A stretch of DNA of 64,000 bases from Geosiphon pyriformis uo1 (lineage: Eukaryota > Fungi > Glomeromycota), in NCBI GenBank assembly GCA_016748015.1, contig JAAOMT010000303.1:868001-932000 (forward strand), read 5' to 3'. The translations under genes and the position numbers were made by a program. Shown here piece by piece: positions 13,491 through 27,350 of this stretch. The notes below the pieces were generated by a model, which worked only from the letters and a program-made list of their open reading frames with translations, searched no databases and was not told where the DNA came from. The first letter of the stretch is position 1; each line of letters opens with the position of its first letter.

Positions 13491-14202
13491 TTCCAGAATT
13501 TTAGGATTTTCTTAAGGAATTACAGGATTCTTTAAGAATCTCATATAACATAAATTATAAGAGTATTAAAAGCAAAAAAAGTAATTTTAAGAGAATTTAA
13601 TAGAATTCAAATTAATTTAAAACAATATCTTTTTTTTCAAAAAATAATTTTTTATAACTTAAAGTAAAATTATTTTCATATTAATAAAATTATTTATTAT
13701 TATTAAATTCATGTTATTATTATTTAATTGAAGAAATATTAATTTATTTTACTTTATTAACACTCCATATTAATAAAATTTAATACTTAACCACATTAAA
13801 CCAATAGCTTTTAATTATGACTATTAACAGAATATTAATTTTTTATTTTTTATTTTTATTTTTATTTTTTTTTGATTTTAATGCAAAATTATGTGATTAT
13901 TGTCTAATTTCTTGTTATTTTCAATACTACAACAAATATAATTTTTTATTTAACCTATTGTCTTAAATATTCTATCTAATTTTTAAATTCAAAAAGCCCA
14001 AAAAAATACTCAGTAAATAAAAAAGACATAATATTTTAAAATTTAAAAAAAAACTTCTTTCTCTTTTACTTCTAAAAATCTTTAAAGAGTGTATTTTCTG
14101 AAAAAAAAGTTTTTTTATTTTTTCTTGTTAGTTTACATTAACATTTTTTTGCCTAATAATAACTTATTTTTCATGAATTTGGAGACTTTTACAAGTAATA
14201 TC

Positions 14203-16042
14203 ATGTCTAAAAAAAAGGCACCCAAGGGTGTTTTTCATGGCCCTGCTGGTGATTTTTTTCTCAAAAGAAAAAAGTCATTCTTGAAAATGTTAAATACTCT
14301 AGTGATAAAAGGAATATATTCTTAAGTAAATCTGGGCCTGATGATAATATATATTCTGATATGAAAAGTTTATCTGGTGATGATAAAGATGTTAGCATAT
14401 CTGGTGCAAATAATGGGTCTCTTCTGGGCTTGGCTACTACCATGCCCAAGGTGAAACAAGTTAATACTAATGCTGTTTTTGGCTTTTCACTCAGTTTTCT
14501 CAATTTTAGTATAAACAATGATGAAATAATTCTCTTTTCTCACTTGCCTATCTCTCTTAACAAAAAGTAAATTGACCCTAAAATCATTAAAACTCCAGTG
14601 GAAGTGTTGATCAAAAAATTGTTTGTTTTAGATATTAATCTTTCAGCTGTGGAAAAAAAATTGGCAACAGCAAAAATTCAGTTGGTTAGAAAAATTTTTT
14701 CATTAGTCAATGGTTTTGGGGGGTCATTACCTCTTCAAAATTTGAGGGGATCATCAGATCTACTTTTACTTTAGAAAAAAGCATAGAAATGGTCATATCA
14801 TTGGCCAAAAAAAAAGGGATCAATATAAACAGCAATCTTAAAAGACAAGAAATGAGATCAGATCAAGCTGTAATAATCAAGGAAATTCTTATGAATACAC
14901 CTAAAGATATAATCATTGCTGTAATATTCAAATTTGGGGAAATTAAGTTGATCAAAATTCAATTAATTAGAATGTGGCAAAAAACTGTGGTAGAGTTTAC
15001 TAAATTGGACCAAGCTTATTTGTTAGTTTTTAAGTGGTCTTTCCTGATTGGTAAAAATTCTGTGCATATAGCCAAAGCTGTGGGAAATTGTAAGATTTGG
15101 GTATTTAGGGATTGGTTCAGAGTGCTTTTGTTTACTTTGCTAATGAGAACAATAGCACATAATTTTGGAACTCTTCTGGAAAGGGCTGGTAGAAAAACCT
15201 GTGTCATAAACAAATCTATAGAAGCTGGTAATAGAATTCACTGTGCTGTGGTTGGTTTTGACTCTAATAATGATTTGGAATCTGCTTTTTGCACAGAGTC
15301 TATCTATGATGGAATAAAACTATTTTGGGCTAGAATGAATTTGGTTTGTTGTGAGAAGTATGAACATTTTGGGCATTCAGTTCTTGAATATAATACTTTA
15401 AACATACTTGTGCTGCTATTATCTAAGAAATCATATAAAAAGATTGTTTCAGAGAAAGTTCATTTTCAGTTTACTAAGTTGTATGAGAAAAAAGATGTTT
15501 TGATCTCTTGTCCTGCTGCTTTTGGTGGCAAATTTTGGGCCCAAGTGGTTTTACTAGCTAATTCTTCTGGTGGTGCTCACTTTAAGTCTAGTTTTAGTTT
15601 TTTTTTTCTTGGTGTCTCAAGTTTGGGTGGTACTCTTCCTCTCACTTCAGCTAATACTTCTGGCTTAAGTAATTATTTGGCAGTTTTAAAATGCTTTTTG
15701 GAGCTTTTGTCAGATCAGGTTTCTGTTTTATTGAAGAAGTTAAGCTTTGTGGAGTTGGTGCCTTTAATTACTCTCTTCTCTGTTCCCCTTCCAGTTGTTT
15801 CTGTTTTTTTAGCTCCTGTTTTGGATTTGAATAATGTGTTAGTGTCATCTATTTTCTCTTCCTCTGTTGGTTTTGATGTGATTTTTGATTTTAGCTCTAG
15901 TAGTTCTAAGGTTCTGACCATTAAAGTGAGTGGTTTGGAGTCAAAAATAGTGGCTTTAGAGGTGTTAATTAATTTAGTTTTGCAGAGGTTGGATCATTTG
16001 TGTTCCAGTTTGGGTTTGTTGGTTCCCTTTTTATCTCAATAA
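14203..16042 (+). pseudogene. LINE-A ORF1 (RRM-like region, decayed zinc knuckle, C-terminal coiled coil)
   Basis: MSKKKAPKG start; VIIKEI.MNTPK..I..V..KFGEIK.IKIQL...WQK.VVEF; CEKYEHFGHSVLEY (decayed CX2CX4HX4C); frameshifts and stops present. Confidence 0.75.
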
Positions 16043-19000
16043 TTAGTTTGGTTTGGAAAATTGCTACATGCAATGCTTGGGGTATAAACAATTCTGCAAA
16101 GTAGGAAGATATAGTTTGTTGGCACAAGGATATGGGCAATTTAATCTCGATTATTACTTAAACTAAGTTAAAGAATAAAGTCTGTCTATAGATTGCTAAT
16201 AAGTTTGATGATGTCTGTGTCTTTACTTCTGATATAAACTCTGATTACTTGGATTCTGATGTTGTTATTATTATGGATATTTCTCTGGCTTATTATGTGT
16301 GTAGAATTTCTGAAGTGCCTGGTTGGCTCTTTTTTGTCAAATTACTCTTTAAAAATAAAACTTTCTGTTTTGATTTTGGGACTCTATGCTGGTACTTCTT
16401 CTGTGATTCAATTCTCCCAAGCTGTTAATATTAATTTTCTAATTGCAAAGACTATGAATAAGTTTTCTTTTGTCATCTTGGGTTGTGATTTCAATAAAGA
16501 TGATTCTCACAAGTGTGCAAGTTTCAGGAAGTGCCTTGGTTTGAGATTGGTCAATTTTTTGTTAAGAAGTCTAATTGTGAAGGATCCTACATAGAAAAAT
16601 TCAAGAGACATAGAAAAAACAATTGATTACATGTTTATTTCTTCGAATTTGGTTAATGTAGTGGTGGATTACAATGTCATGGATATTGATGAACATTTTA
16701 ATACTAATCACAAAGCTGTTTTTGTCTCTGTGAGTTTGGGTAAATTACTGAATGTACAGCTAAACTCAATGTGCAAACAAGCAAATAAAGATTGTTGAAA
16801 GTTTGATTTCATAAATGCTGATGAGTTAAAATAGTGCAAGTTTAAGAGTGTTATAGTGGCTAATACTACTATGTTTTCAAATGAATTTGATGCATGTAAG
16901 AAGTTCTCAGATTTGGATACAATATGGGACATTGTTCACAAAATTATAATCTTGTTAGCTGATAAAACATTTAAAAGAAAATGATACAAGAGTTACATTG
17001 GGGAGTTTACCAAAGAATCTTCTAAATTTCACAGATTGAAACTTTTGGTGTCAAAAATTGTCAGGTGTTCCTATGTGAGTCTTAAGGATGAATTTATATC
17101 TCTGTTGAATCTTTGGTCTTCTTTGGATGACAATAATGCCTTAAATATTAGGACTCTTTTAGATTCTGATGCCAACTCCAATTGTGTACATTCTGCTTTT
17201 TTTAGAGTAATAAAGTTATATCCTATCAGCAAACTTGCAGAATCTAAGAGGGCTGAAGAAGCAAGCATTAGACATGCCATTAATAGGAGAATGGAGAGTT
17301 TTGAGGTAAACAAAGACCACACTATTAGGAGTATTTTGAAATGTTCTTTCTGTAAAGTGGTCCTGGATTATCTGGTAGTTAATAATGAACTGGTTCTAGA
17401 ATCTAATTGAGTTAAAGCCAAGATGGATATGGTCATAGAGGATTGAACCAGAAAATATGTAGTTGTTGCTGATATATCCAGAGATTGGTGCTGTCAATAT
17501 TAATCTTTAGAGTATGTTTTTAATGAAGTTTTTTTAGAGGTAATATGTCCAATTGGTTTTGATGAGTTGTTCTGTGTGGTATTCAATCTTTCTGATAACA
17601 AAGCTGCTGGACTTTTTGGTATTTCTAATAAACTTTGAAAACATTGCAACAAAACAATTTTGGATATGCTTTTAGAACTCTTGAATTTTTGTTTGGTTAG
17701 TGAATTAGTGCCTAGTTCTTAAAGAGAGGCTTGGATTTCAATAATTCTCAAATTGTATAAATGGGAAAGTGTTCTAACAAATACCTGCCTTATTGCTTTG
17801 ATTGAGACTGTACATAAAATTTTTTCTAAGATTCTCTCTAATAGAATTTTGTTGGCATGTAGCATGTACAATGTTCTTCGTGAGGACAATTTTTTGGTTT
17901 TAAAGAGTACAACTACACAGTCTCTTATCTTCACAGTTAGGTTAGTGATTAAAGATGCATTGGAAAAGAACCATGAGCTATGGTTAATTTTGCAGGATAT
18001 GTGGAAGGCATATGATTCTGTTGGATGAAAGCATCTCAAAAAAAGCCTGTTCAGGATAAAAATGTGCAGCAAGTTTATTCAATTTTTTGGCAGTATTTAT
18101 GGTGGTTGTATTAACAGGGTTTGATTAACTTTGGTTTGACAAATAAATATTTGGTACATGATAGTTTGGATCAAGAGGAAATGTTCTCACTTCTTCTTTG
18201 GCATATATTCTATGATTCTTTGTTGTACAAAGTCAAGAGACAGGAGAGCTTATGTGAATATAGATTGATTTTTCACTTTATTTCCAAGACAGGTCATGCT
18301 GAAACTCAAGCTGGGCTGACTTTCTTTCTCACTGCTAGTGTATTTGTAAATGACACTATTTAAATTGGCTACAATCTAAGAGCTACTCAATACATCCTAG
18401 ATATTGCCAGTAATTTTTTTTATATTAATAACATCTCAATAAATAATGACAAAACAATAGCCATTTCTATTAACTGCAGTGTTGAATGTTTTTTTCTATT
18501 AATTAGTAAATTACCTATTTCTATTGCCAAAAGGGGCAAATTTCATCACTATCTCAGTATTTATCTGTCTACTAATAAACTTTCAAAGCTTAGCTTGGCT
18601 AAAGTGCATTCTGACATTTGGTTTTTTGCCAACGTCATTTTGAAAAAGGCTATCTCAGACAAGCAGTTTTTGTATTTGGTATTAACTATGCTTTATTCTA
18701 TCATTAGTTATAGAACACAATTTAGCTTTATTTCTATTAGTGTGTGCAATAAATGGGATGCTTTGATTTGTAGGAATTTGAAGTCAAAGACTTGTCTGCC
18801 ACATAATTTTTCTGGTGATGTAATTCATCATCCTTCCTTTTACAATTTAAAAACTTTTAAGCAGATTCAGTCCAAAAAAAAATTGACTTCTTTTGTGACC
18901 TTTGCAAATTCTGGTGGGATTTTAGGGCACTTGTTCTCTCACAGATCTCATGACTTGCAAGTTTTAAGTTGGCATCCATTTCATCTTTTGTGTTTTCTAG

Positions 19001-20726
19001 TTTATATGGGAGTTAGTCTTTCTAATAACTTTTTGGTGAGTGTGATACATGTGTTTTATGAATGCAATTTGTCCTTGAGTGGGTTTTTGAATAGTTTTTT
19101 TCATCTTTGGGGTGGTGTGCTTATGTTAACTGTTCTTGATGAGTCTAAGTTTTTCAAATTTCTCCCTTTTCTTTGGCAATACAATGTTGCTTTTGTAAAC
19201 CAGCTTTATGATCATCATGGTGTGATCTTCAGTTGAAATACTTTTAAGTAATGGAAAAGACTTGATTCTCATGGCTCTGTTCTTAACTGGTTCAAGTTGT
19301 CTGTTACTTTTTTCAATGATGTGAATCTTTTTTCTGATAGTCCTTTGGTTTTGAATGGTTTTGAATCTTCAAATGTTCTTGTGTCTTGTAAGTTTAAGTC
19401 TATTCTTAGTCAACTATCTTGTGTCAGTTCTGACACTTTGTCAGTCTATATGGATGGTTCTCTGAAAAACATGGGTACAATTAACAAGAGAGCTGACATG
19501 GCAGTCTTTTTTGAGGACATTAACTTGGATTTGAATGTTAGTGTTTCTGGTTTAATGTCCTCTATTTTGGCTGAATTATAAGCTATAGCATTGGCTTTTG
19601 AGTGTGTTTTTTCTCTTAGTTCAGTTTGGTTGTTCACAGACAGTCAAGCTGCTCTAAATGCATACAAGTTAGAGTTGGGTTTGATATATTCAGATTTTTA
19701 TAATCAGTATTGAGTAGAACATCAGCACATTGTGGGCATTATTCATAATAAGAGTTTAAAAGTTAGCTGGCACAAGGTTAAAATTTATTCAGATGTGTTG
19801 GGAAATGAACATGCAGACATACTTGCCAATACTGTTTTTTTTTCTAAATGACACCTTCCATTCCAATTAAAGGAATGTTATATACTGACTGAAAGTAAGG
19901 TTGTTTCTGATAGCTCAAAACATTTTATTCATAATATTTTTCGGTCCATGTATTGTGTTTATTGGGAGGCTGGTTCTAGTTCTAGGTTTTTGGTGGATAG
20001 TTTGTTTTCAGACATTGATTGGTTTGGTTTATATTTGGTGTGGCATCTGGACTTGTACATGGCTGTTGGTTTTATTAATAGACTCTCTACTGGTGTCTGT
20101 ACTTATTTTATGAAAGCTCTGTACTATTGGCTCTTTGTTGCTGTACAGAAATGTTTTACAACAAATGCTATCCTGGTGTAACATGTTTATATTGTGGAGA
20201 TGTTGAAATGTCAGATTACGTTTTTTCTTGTATGGCTGACAAGTCTGCTCATAGTCAGTTGTTGGATGCTTATACAGCTTTTTGGAGGGCACTTTCTGGT
20301 CTTTTTTGTTCATCTTTTTGTGTGTCTCAGCTAATGTTATCTTGTGCTTTTAATGTTGATGTGTATATGGCCATTTGTAAGAGTTTTGTTTTTGCAGATT
20401 AGCTCCAGGAGGTGGTGTCAATTTTTGGTAACTCTAAAGTGGTGTGTTTAAAAGTCATTAAATTTGTGCAAACTTTTTGCCTTACTTTTAAGAATGAAAT
20501 TTGGTTAGTTCAGACTAAGCATTATGCCTTTATGGAAAAAAATAGGCTGATTCTACCAGGCGGTTTAGCTTCTATCTTGATTTTTGATCTGTTTTTAGGG
20601 TTGTCTGCTGGTGTTGTTAGGTTACTTGGTATTGTTAAACCATTTGGTGTTTGTTTCGAGTTTTATAAGTCTTGTTTATTTTTTTGGGGGGTTGGTAATT
20701 CTGTTTTAGTTCATATAGGTGTTTAG
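16039..20726 (+). pseudogene. LINE-A ORF2: AP endonuclease, reverse transcriptase, RNase H, CCHC finger
   Basis: WKIATCN, ILGCDFN, IDYMF, TNH (APE); QDMWKAYDSVG, LDQEE.FS.LLW, FVNDTI (RT); VYMDGS, AEL.AI, TDSQAAL, GNEHAD (RNase H); CLYCGDVEMSDYVFSC. Many stops at TGG/CAA/CGA-derived codons. Confidence 0.9.
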
Positions 20727-20859
20727 TGTTGTTCTGATCAGTTCAAGTGGCTGGTCATGTATAAAAAAAGCATGATTCACACCTAGTTTAGATTACTTAT
20801 GTTGATATATTGTGCTAGACAGTGTTTGGACCTCACTTGTAAAACATAAAAAAAAAAAT

Positions 20860-22645
20860 ATTTTTTAAGAGCCAAATATAACTACCAAAATTAAATAATA
20901 TCTTACTTATTCCAATCTTTTTAAAGAATTAAAACTAAAATAAAATAATAATAATAATAAAAGAATATGTTTAGAAAAAGCACATATCAATAATATTGGA
21001 TTTGATTTAAGATATTTTAGACAATCTTTTATAATTATAACACTTTATTTTTTTATAAAAATAAATCTTAAATTAACTTTAGAAATTTTCATTAGTATAA
21101 TAATACAGATTGTATTTTATTCTAGTCTTGTAAACAAAAAATTTGATGTTAAAAGAAAAATAATTAATGCTGAATATACTGAGAATATTATTGTAATGTT
21201 TTAAAGCAATTCTAATAAGTTTTATATAATTGAATTATAAAAAAAAATTATACAAGTTATTTTTTTGTTTTTTTTTTAAATTTTTTAACTTATTTTAGTT
21301 AATATTTAAGAAAAACTAGGCTCTATTGCTAAGAATTCAGATTTAATAAAAAAAGAAATATACAAATTAATTATATAGAAAAGTTTAATAATAAGATAGA
21401 ACTTATCTATATTAATATTATAATTTTAATCTTATTTTATTGTTAGTATATTATAAAAGTTGAATAAATAATTCAAAATAAAGTTTATTATTCAAAGCTA
21501 TTTCAAATATTTATTATTTAGTCAATATTGCAAATCTTTATATTTTTGTTAAAGTTTATAAACATTTTAAAAAAATTGACAAGTTTAATCTTGAAAATTT
21601 GAGTATTTTTCAGCAAATATAATTTAAAATATTATTAAATTAATATGTTAATGTCTTTGCTAATAAGAACAAATTTAGATGTATGAATATTATAAAACAC
21701 AAATTTAATACTAAAAATACCAAATTAATTAAACAACAAATTTATTAAGTTGCTTTAAATAGAAATAATTTAATTAAACAAGAAATACAACAGATGTTAA
21801 ATAATAATTTAATTAAAAAATCTCCAAGTCTTTAATTCTTATTTGTTGTTTTAATTATCAAAAAAAATAAAAAAATATGTTTTTATATTAATTATTAAAA
21901 ACTCAATAGTATTACTCAAAAAAACAGCTATTTAACTTTTTTTATTCAAGAAATTTTAGATAATTTGAAAAATAAAAAATGGTTTTTATTATTAGATTTA
22001 GCCAGTAGATATTGACAAATCAAAATGAATTCAATTAACAAAAAAAAATTATTTTTATAATTTAAAATAAAAAATTTGAATTTAATATAATGCTTTTGAA
22101 TTTTGCAATGCTTTAGCTACTTTTTAATGCTTAATAGATATTATATATATAAAAATTTTATGAAAATTAGTTGTTGTTTATTTAAATAATATCAATGTGT
22201 TTTCAAAATTTTTGATGATTATTAATTCTATTTTCAATAAGTTTTTTATTGTCTTTAAAATACAAGACTCAAACTCAATCTAAACAAATGTTTTTTTGAA
22301 AAACTGAGCTTAAATTTTTAGAATATATTATTAAAAAAAATATAGTAAAATTAAACCCAAAAAAAATTCAAAAAGTTAAAAATCTTTTTGTTTTAATTAA
22401 CTTCCAAAAACTAAAAAAATTCTTAAAACTTGTTAAATATTATTACTAATTTATTAAAAAATTTTTAGATATTGTTAAGTTTTTTCATCATTTATTCTTA
22501 AAATATGTTCTTTATAATTAGAAACTAATCAACAAAAAGCTTTTAATTATTTCAAATAACAACTTATTAAAGCTTTAATTTTAATATATTTAGACTTTAA
22601 TAAAAAATTTATCATAATTATAAACACATTCAAAAATGTTTTTGA
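20860..22645 (+). mobile_element. Oldest host Ty3/gypsy element, left fragment (dUTPase motif 1 remnant, RT, start of RNase H)
   Basis: 20970-21025 reads LEKAHINNIGFDLRY (compare PEKAHEIDAGYDLRY in E1); RT motifs at 21700-22330; ends in the decayed RNase H TDAS motif (FIIIINTFKNVF), which resumes in frame at 59665. Confidence 0.75.
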
Positions 22646-23653
22646 TATTACAAATTAATTTAATAAGATAGTATTATAACTTTTGGTACTTAAAATTCGA
22701 TAATAAAAGCTGATTTAAGTATTAATATAATAGTTTTCTTGGCTAAATTAATTATTAATTTTTAAAAATTTTCTTGTTTAAAGTTATATTTGTTGAATTT
22801 TTTTGTTATAAAATACAGAATTCTGGTTTTTTCAATTACTATTGTAATTGTATTTTTTTTTTAAGCTAATAAGCATAGTTACTAAAATTTGGTATTGTCT
22901 TTTTGCTTTTTTGGTAAGTTAATAAGATATAATAAATATTTAAACTTAAGAAAAGCTTCTTTTTTTTACCAGGCTATTATAAAGTTTATTTCTAGACAAT
23001 TAATTTTCAATGTTGTTACTTTACAAAAAAGAAAATAAAAAAAAATAAAACAAATAAAATAAAAAAAATTGGTATTATTAATTATTATAATTAAGAATAA
23101 TTGGTTCAAATTATTAAAATTTCAAAGCTGTTTATGCTAATAGTATCTAATCTAAAGTAAAAGTAATAGACAATTGATTCAATTTTGACAATTAAAATAT
23201 TGAAATTATATACAAATATTTTGAAATAAAAAAAATTTATTGAATTAATTTACAAATATATATAAGATAAAATTAATTTTGTTTTAGTTAAAGTTAAGAT
23301 TTTTTTAAGAAAAATGATTCTTTTTCTTACTTACTTGTTTGTTTTTTTTCTTTTAAAACTACTTATTTTTATCTATATTTTCTAATTCTACAAGATGTTT
23401 TCAATTGCTTGTTATTATTAACTATTATTTATTATTTTTATTATTGTTTTGTTTTTTTATGTTATAACTAATTATTTTATATTATGATTAATTATTCTGT
23501 GTTATTTTATATTATTGTGTATTATTTTGTATTATTTTGTGTTATTTCATATTATTTTGCATTGTTTTGTATTATTATATTTTTTCTATATTATTATATA
23601 TTTAATTATATTTTTTTTAATAGTTTTGGATTGGTTTTTTTATTTAAATAATA
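22646..23653 (-). repeat. 3' LTR of the minus-strand element (second LTR family)
   Basis: Collinear with 58669-59664 and with the reverse complement of 63052-64000; contains a decayed ~10-bp tandem array (tattattttg) at about 23490-23600. Confidence 0.8.
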
Positions 23654-26490
23654 TTATTTTTCTCTTTTAGAATTAAGCTTCTGTAAAATTATATATATTT
23701 TTAAAATTTGTTTTTTTTAATATAATATTCAATTTTTATGTTAAATATTGCTTTTTATAGTTTTTTAAACTAAAAGTTTATCATTAATTATATGTTGTTA
23801 AATATAATAAACTTTAATAAACTCTTTAATAGTATAGTTGAACAGTATTTAAATATTGAATATAATTAATATGTTGCTTTATAATATAGTATTAAGTTGT
23901 TTTTTTTGACAAATTTTTCTATTTGTTTGAGAGTTTTTCTGTTGAATATTTATTTGTTAATGTTTAGATATAATGTCTATAAGTCTAGTTTTTTGCCAAT
24001 TTTAAAAAACTAGTATATTAATAAAAAACTTTTTTTTCATGTTTTAAATTTTTTAATTTCTTTGAATATTTAAAACCATATATTTTTCTTTTTTTTTGAT
24101 TATTTGTAAAAATAAGAATATTTAATTTTAGTTGAATTTTTATTCCCCTTTTTTTTGCTTATATTTCTGTATTATATCTTTTTTCTATTAATTGTAATTT
24201 TTATTAGTATTGTAAATTGTTAAATAGTTTCAAATAGTTATTGTAAAAATTTCAAAATTTTTTCTAAAAAATTTATACTAAAAGTATTATTAACTTTTTT
24301 TTTGTTTTTTTGGTATTTATATATCTATTTTATATAATTTATATTTTTTTGTAAGTTGTGTTCAATAATAATAATTGGTTTTAGATTTTGTAATATATTT
24401 TCAGATTTGATTAATAGAATTTATGTTTTTAGTTAAAATATAAATAACAATAATTTTTGTGTTGTGTATTAAATTTTTAAACAATTTTTATATATGGTTT
24501 TTTTTAAAATTTTGTCTTCTAATTATAATTTATAAGCTTTATTGTTTAGAACTTTTATATATGTAAAATAATCTGTTTTATTTTGGGTCAAATTTTTTAC
24601 TTTATTGTTTTTTAGCTTTAATAAAATATAATAATACTTAGTCTCCAATTTTGAATTCAACTGGTTAGTCTAATAAATAATTATTATGTCTTTTTTTTTG
24701 TTATCTCTAAGAGCTACTAATATTATTAGCTGCTGTTTTATAATTGTTTTCTAATGTTTTTATAAGCTAATATGTTTTTTAATATAAGATAACTTTAAAG
24801 TTTTTTTTGGTAATTGTTTTTGTTAAGAAGAAAAATATTTTTAGTTTAATAAATAATATGATTTTTTTTTATAAGTTAGTTTAAATAATGTAAATTGAAT
24901 TATATTTTGCTTTAATATTTAATATGCAAATAATATTAAAAATATAAATAAGTTCTATTTTTGCATATTTTTATAATTTATTTTTGTTATCACTTTATAC
25001 AATGTTCAATTAAATTGTTTTACTAATTTATTTGACTTAATTTTATAAGTATGTTATTGATAAGAATTTTTTGATTAGAAAATAATTTTTTTGGAAATTG
25101 ATGTTAACAAACCAGATTTTGATATACAAATTCAGCCATTGTTTTAGTATTTATTATTTAAATAGTTCTAGCTTTAGGCTATTTAATAAGATAGTTTACA
25201 ATTATAGCAATATAATAATTTTCTTTTATAATAATTAAAAAAGATCCAACCAAATTAATTCCAATTTTATCAAATAAATTTTTAATTAGAATAGATTAAA
25301 ATAGTTTTGTTATTCTGACTTTTTTTTTTTTTTGACAGAAGTTACAATTAAGAACATATTCAAAAATATTATCATATATTGTTAACTAATAATATAAATT
25401 AATTGTTTTTTTAAAATAGTATCTTTGTTAAAATATTTTATTGTTGGATTAGAATACATATTAAACAAGACAATTTTTTTTATTATTTTTTATAACTTAT
25501 TATAAAATAAGATGGTTTTGGTATTCTTGATAATATAATTAATTATTGTAAATAAAATAGTTTTGAGTTTGTTTCTGTATAATATTTTGTTTCTGTTAAA
25601 ATAATTTTTTTTAAATTAAAATATTAATAAACATTAATATAATTATTAATAAATAATTGTGTTTATTGTTACAAAATTAGATTTGAATTATTCTTAATAA
25701 GTTATTAGCATTAGTGTTTTGGTTTTTCTTTTATAATATACTTTATATAAAAATTGCTATAAATAAGTACTTTATTTTGCATATATTTTTTCTAATTAGA
25801 GTTTGTTAAATAATTAAATTGATTTTTTATAATTAATATATAAGTTAAAAAAATGTTAAAAATAATGTCTCTAATTTTGTACAGCCTATTAGATAACAAA
25901 ACATTCTAAATTAATAGCACTATATATTTTTTAATAGTATTAATACTGTAAATGTAAATAATAAAATATTCTTAATTGTTAAGTCTAATTTATAATAAAA
26001 CAGCTCCTAATATATTTTTTAATGTGTTTATAGTTATTATAAAACATTTATTAAAGTTTGGATAAATTAAAATTGGTGTCTTAATAAGTCATTATTTAAC
26101 AGTTTTTTATATATATAAAATATGTTTTAACAATAAATAATGATGAGATTTTGTGATTTTTGAAAAACTTTTAATAAATTAGTAGTAATATTTGACCAGT
26201 TTTAAAAATTTTCTTGATTCTTGAAAGTTAATTAAAACAAAGAAATTTTTAATTTTCTAAACTTTGTTAAAGTCTAATTTTACTTTATTTTTGCCAATTA
26301 CATGTCTCAAAAATTTTAGTTCAGTTTTTTCAAAAAAGTATTTATTAAAATTAAGTTTTAATCTTGTATTTTTTAGTTAGTTAAATACTTGTTAAAAGTA
26401 AAATAGATGCTTATTAAAAGTTTTGGAAAAAATATTGGTATTGTTTAAGTATATAATAATTAATTTCCAAAAAATCTTTTGGTATATTAT

Positions 26491-27350
26491 TATGATTCAA
26501 AAATTTAGTAAAAGAATCATAAAATAATATAAATTATTTAATTATAATATAATACAATAATAATCTTAGAAAAATAATAATTAATATAATAGCAAGCACT
26601 ATCTTGTAATAATAACAAATACTTTTATAATAGTGATTAATACCAATTGGAAATAGCAATAAATACCAGATTAAAATATCAAAAAAAATATTACAATGTG
26701 TTTTCTTATAAAACTATAAATATATATATATGCAATAATTTTAATATTGAAAAAAACAACAAGTCATAAAACAATTTATTAAATAATTTATTTAACAGTT
26801 CTACTTTAATTATTTTTTAGTTATTACTTTTATAATAAATATTTACAAAAATTTTTAATTAAAAGAAATAAAATAAAATATTAAAAACTAAATTATTATA
26901 ATTTAAAGTATTAAAAAACTTATTTGTATTATTTATTAAATAAAACTATTATTTATCAGTTAAATTTCTTGAAAGAATAATCTCTGATCAAAATTATTTA
27001 TGTTGTTACTAATTGATAAAAGTTTTATTGTAAGAATTAAAAAAAACACTAAAAGCTATTAATATTCTATGTTTTTAAATTAAAAAAACACATTAGACAT
27101 TTGCAAAAATAGCCTCAAAAAAAACTTCAGACAGTAGATAGATTTCAGTTTAGCTTTTAAGAAAAAGTATATAAATATATATAACAATTAAAATTAAGAA
27201 ATAACTTATATTACAACATTAAAAGAAAGTTTTCAGTATAAACATTAATATTATTACACAAATAAAATTAAAAAACTCACAAAAAACTAATTGTAATTAA
27301 AATAGAATATTGGCAATTAAAATAACCAAGAAAACTATTCTGTAATAACA
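26491..27350. mobile_element. ~860-bp insertion (possible solo LTR of a third family) interrupting the RT of the minus-strand element
   Basis: RT codons FEFN...F.LYNTPA.F..L.N (right side) and IYQKIFWKL (left side) are adjacent in homologues but separated here; insert ends in ...taaca. TSD not clean, boundaries approximate. Confidence 0.45.

Larger units (their letters stand above)
14046..20858 (+). mobile_element. Near full-length (~6.8 kb) inactivated APE-type LINE with RNase H (LINE-A)
   Basis: 5' end (aaaaacttctttc...) and 3' UTR (...gtttagattacttatgttgatatatt...aaaacat) both match the second LINE; poly(A) at 20848-20858; two decayed ORFs. Confidence 0.9.

Noticed and set aside
13490-14045. 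Short repeated ggattc/gaattc-like motifs and AT-rich tract as an LTR fragment
   Set aside because: No second copy or terminal motifs found in the window; left unassigned.
14789-16042. 417-aa ORF as a host membrane-protein gene
   Set aside because: It is LINE ORF1; the hydrophobic look comes from C>T decay on a T-rich strand.
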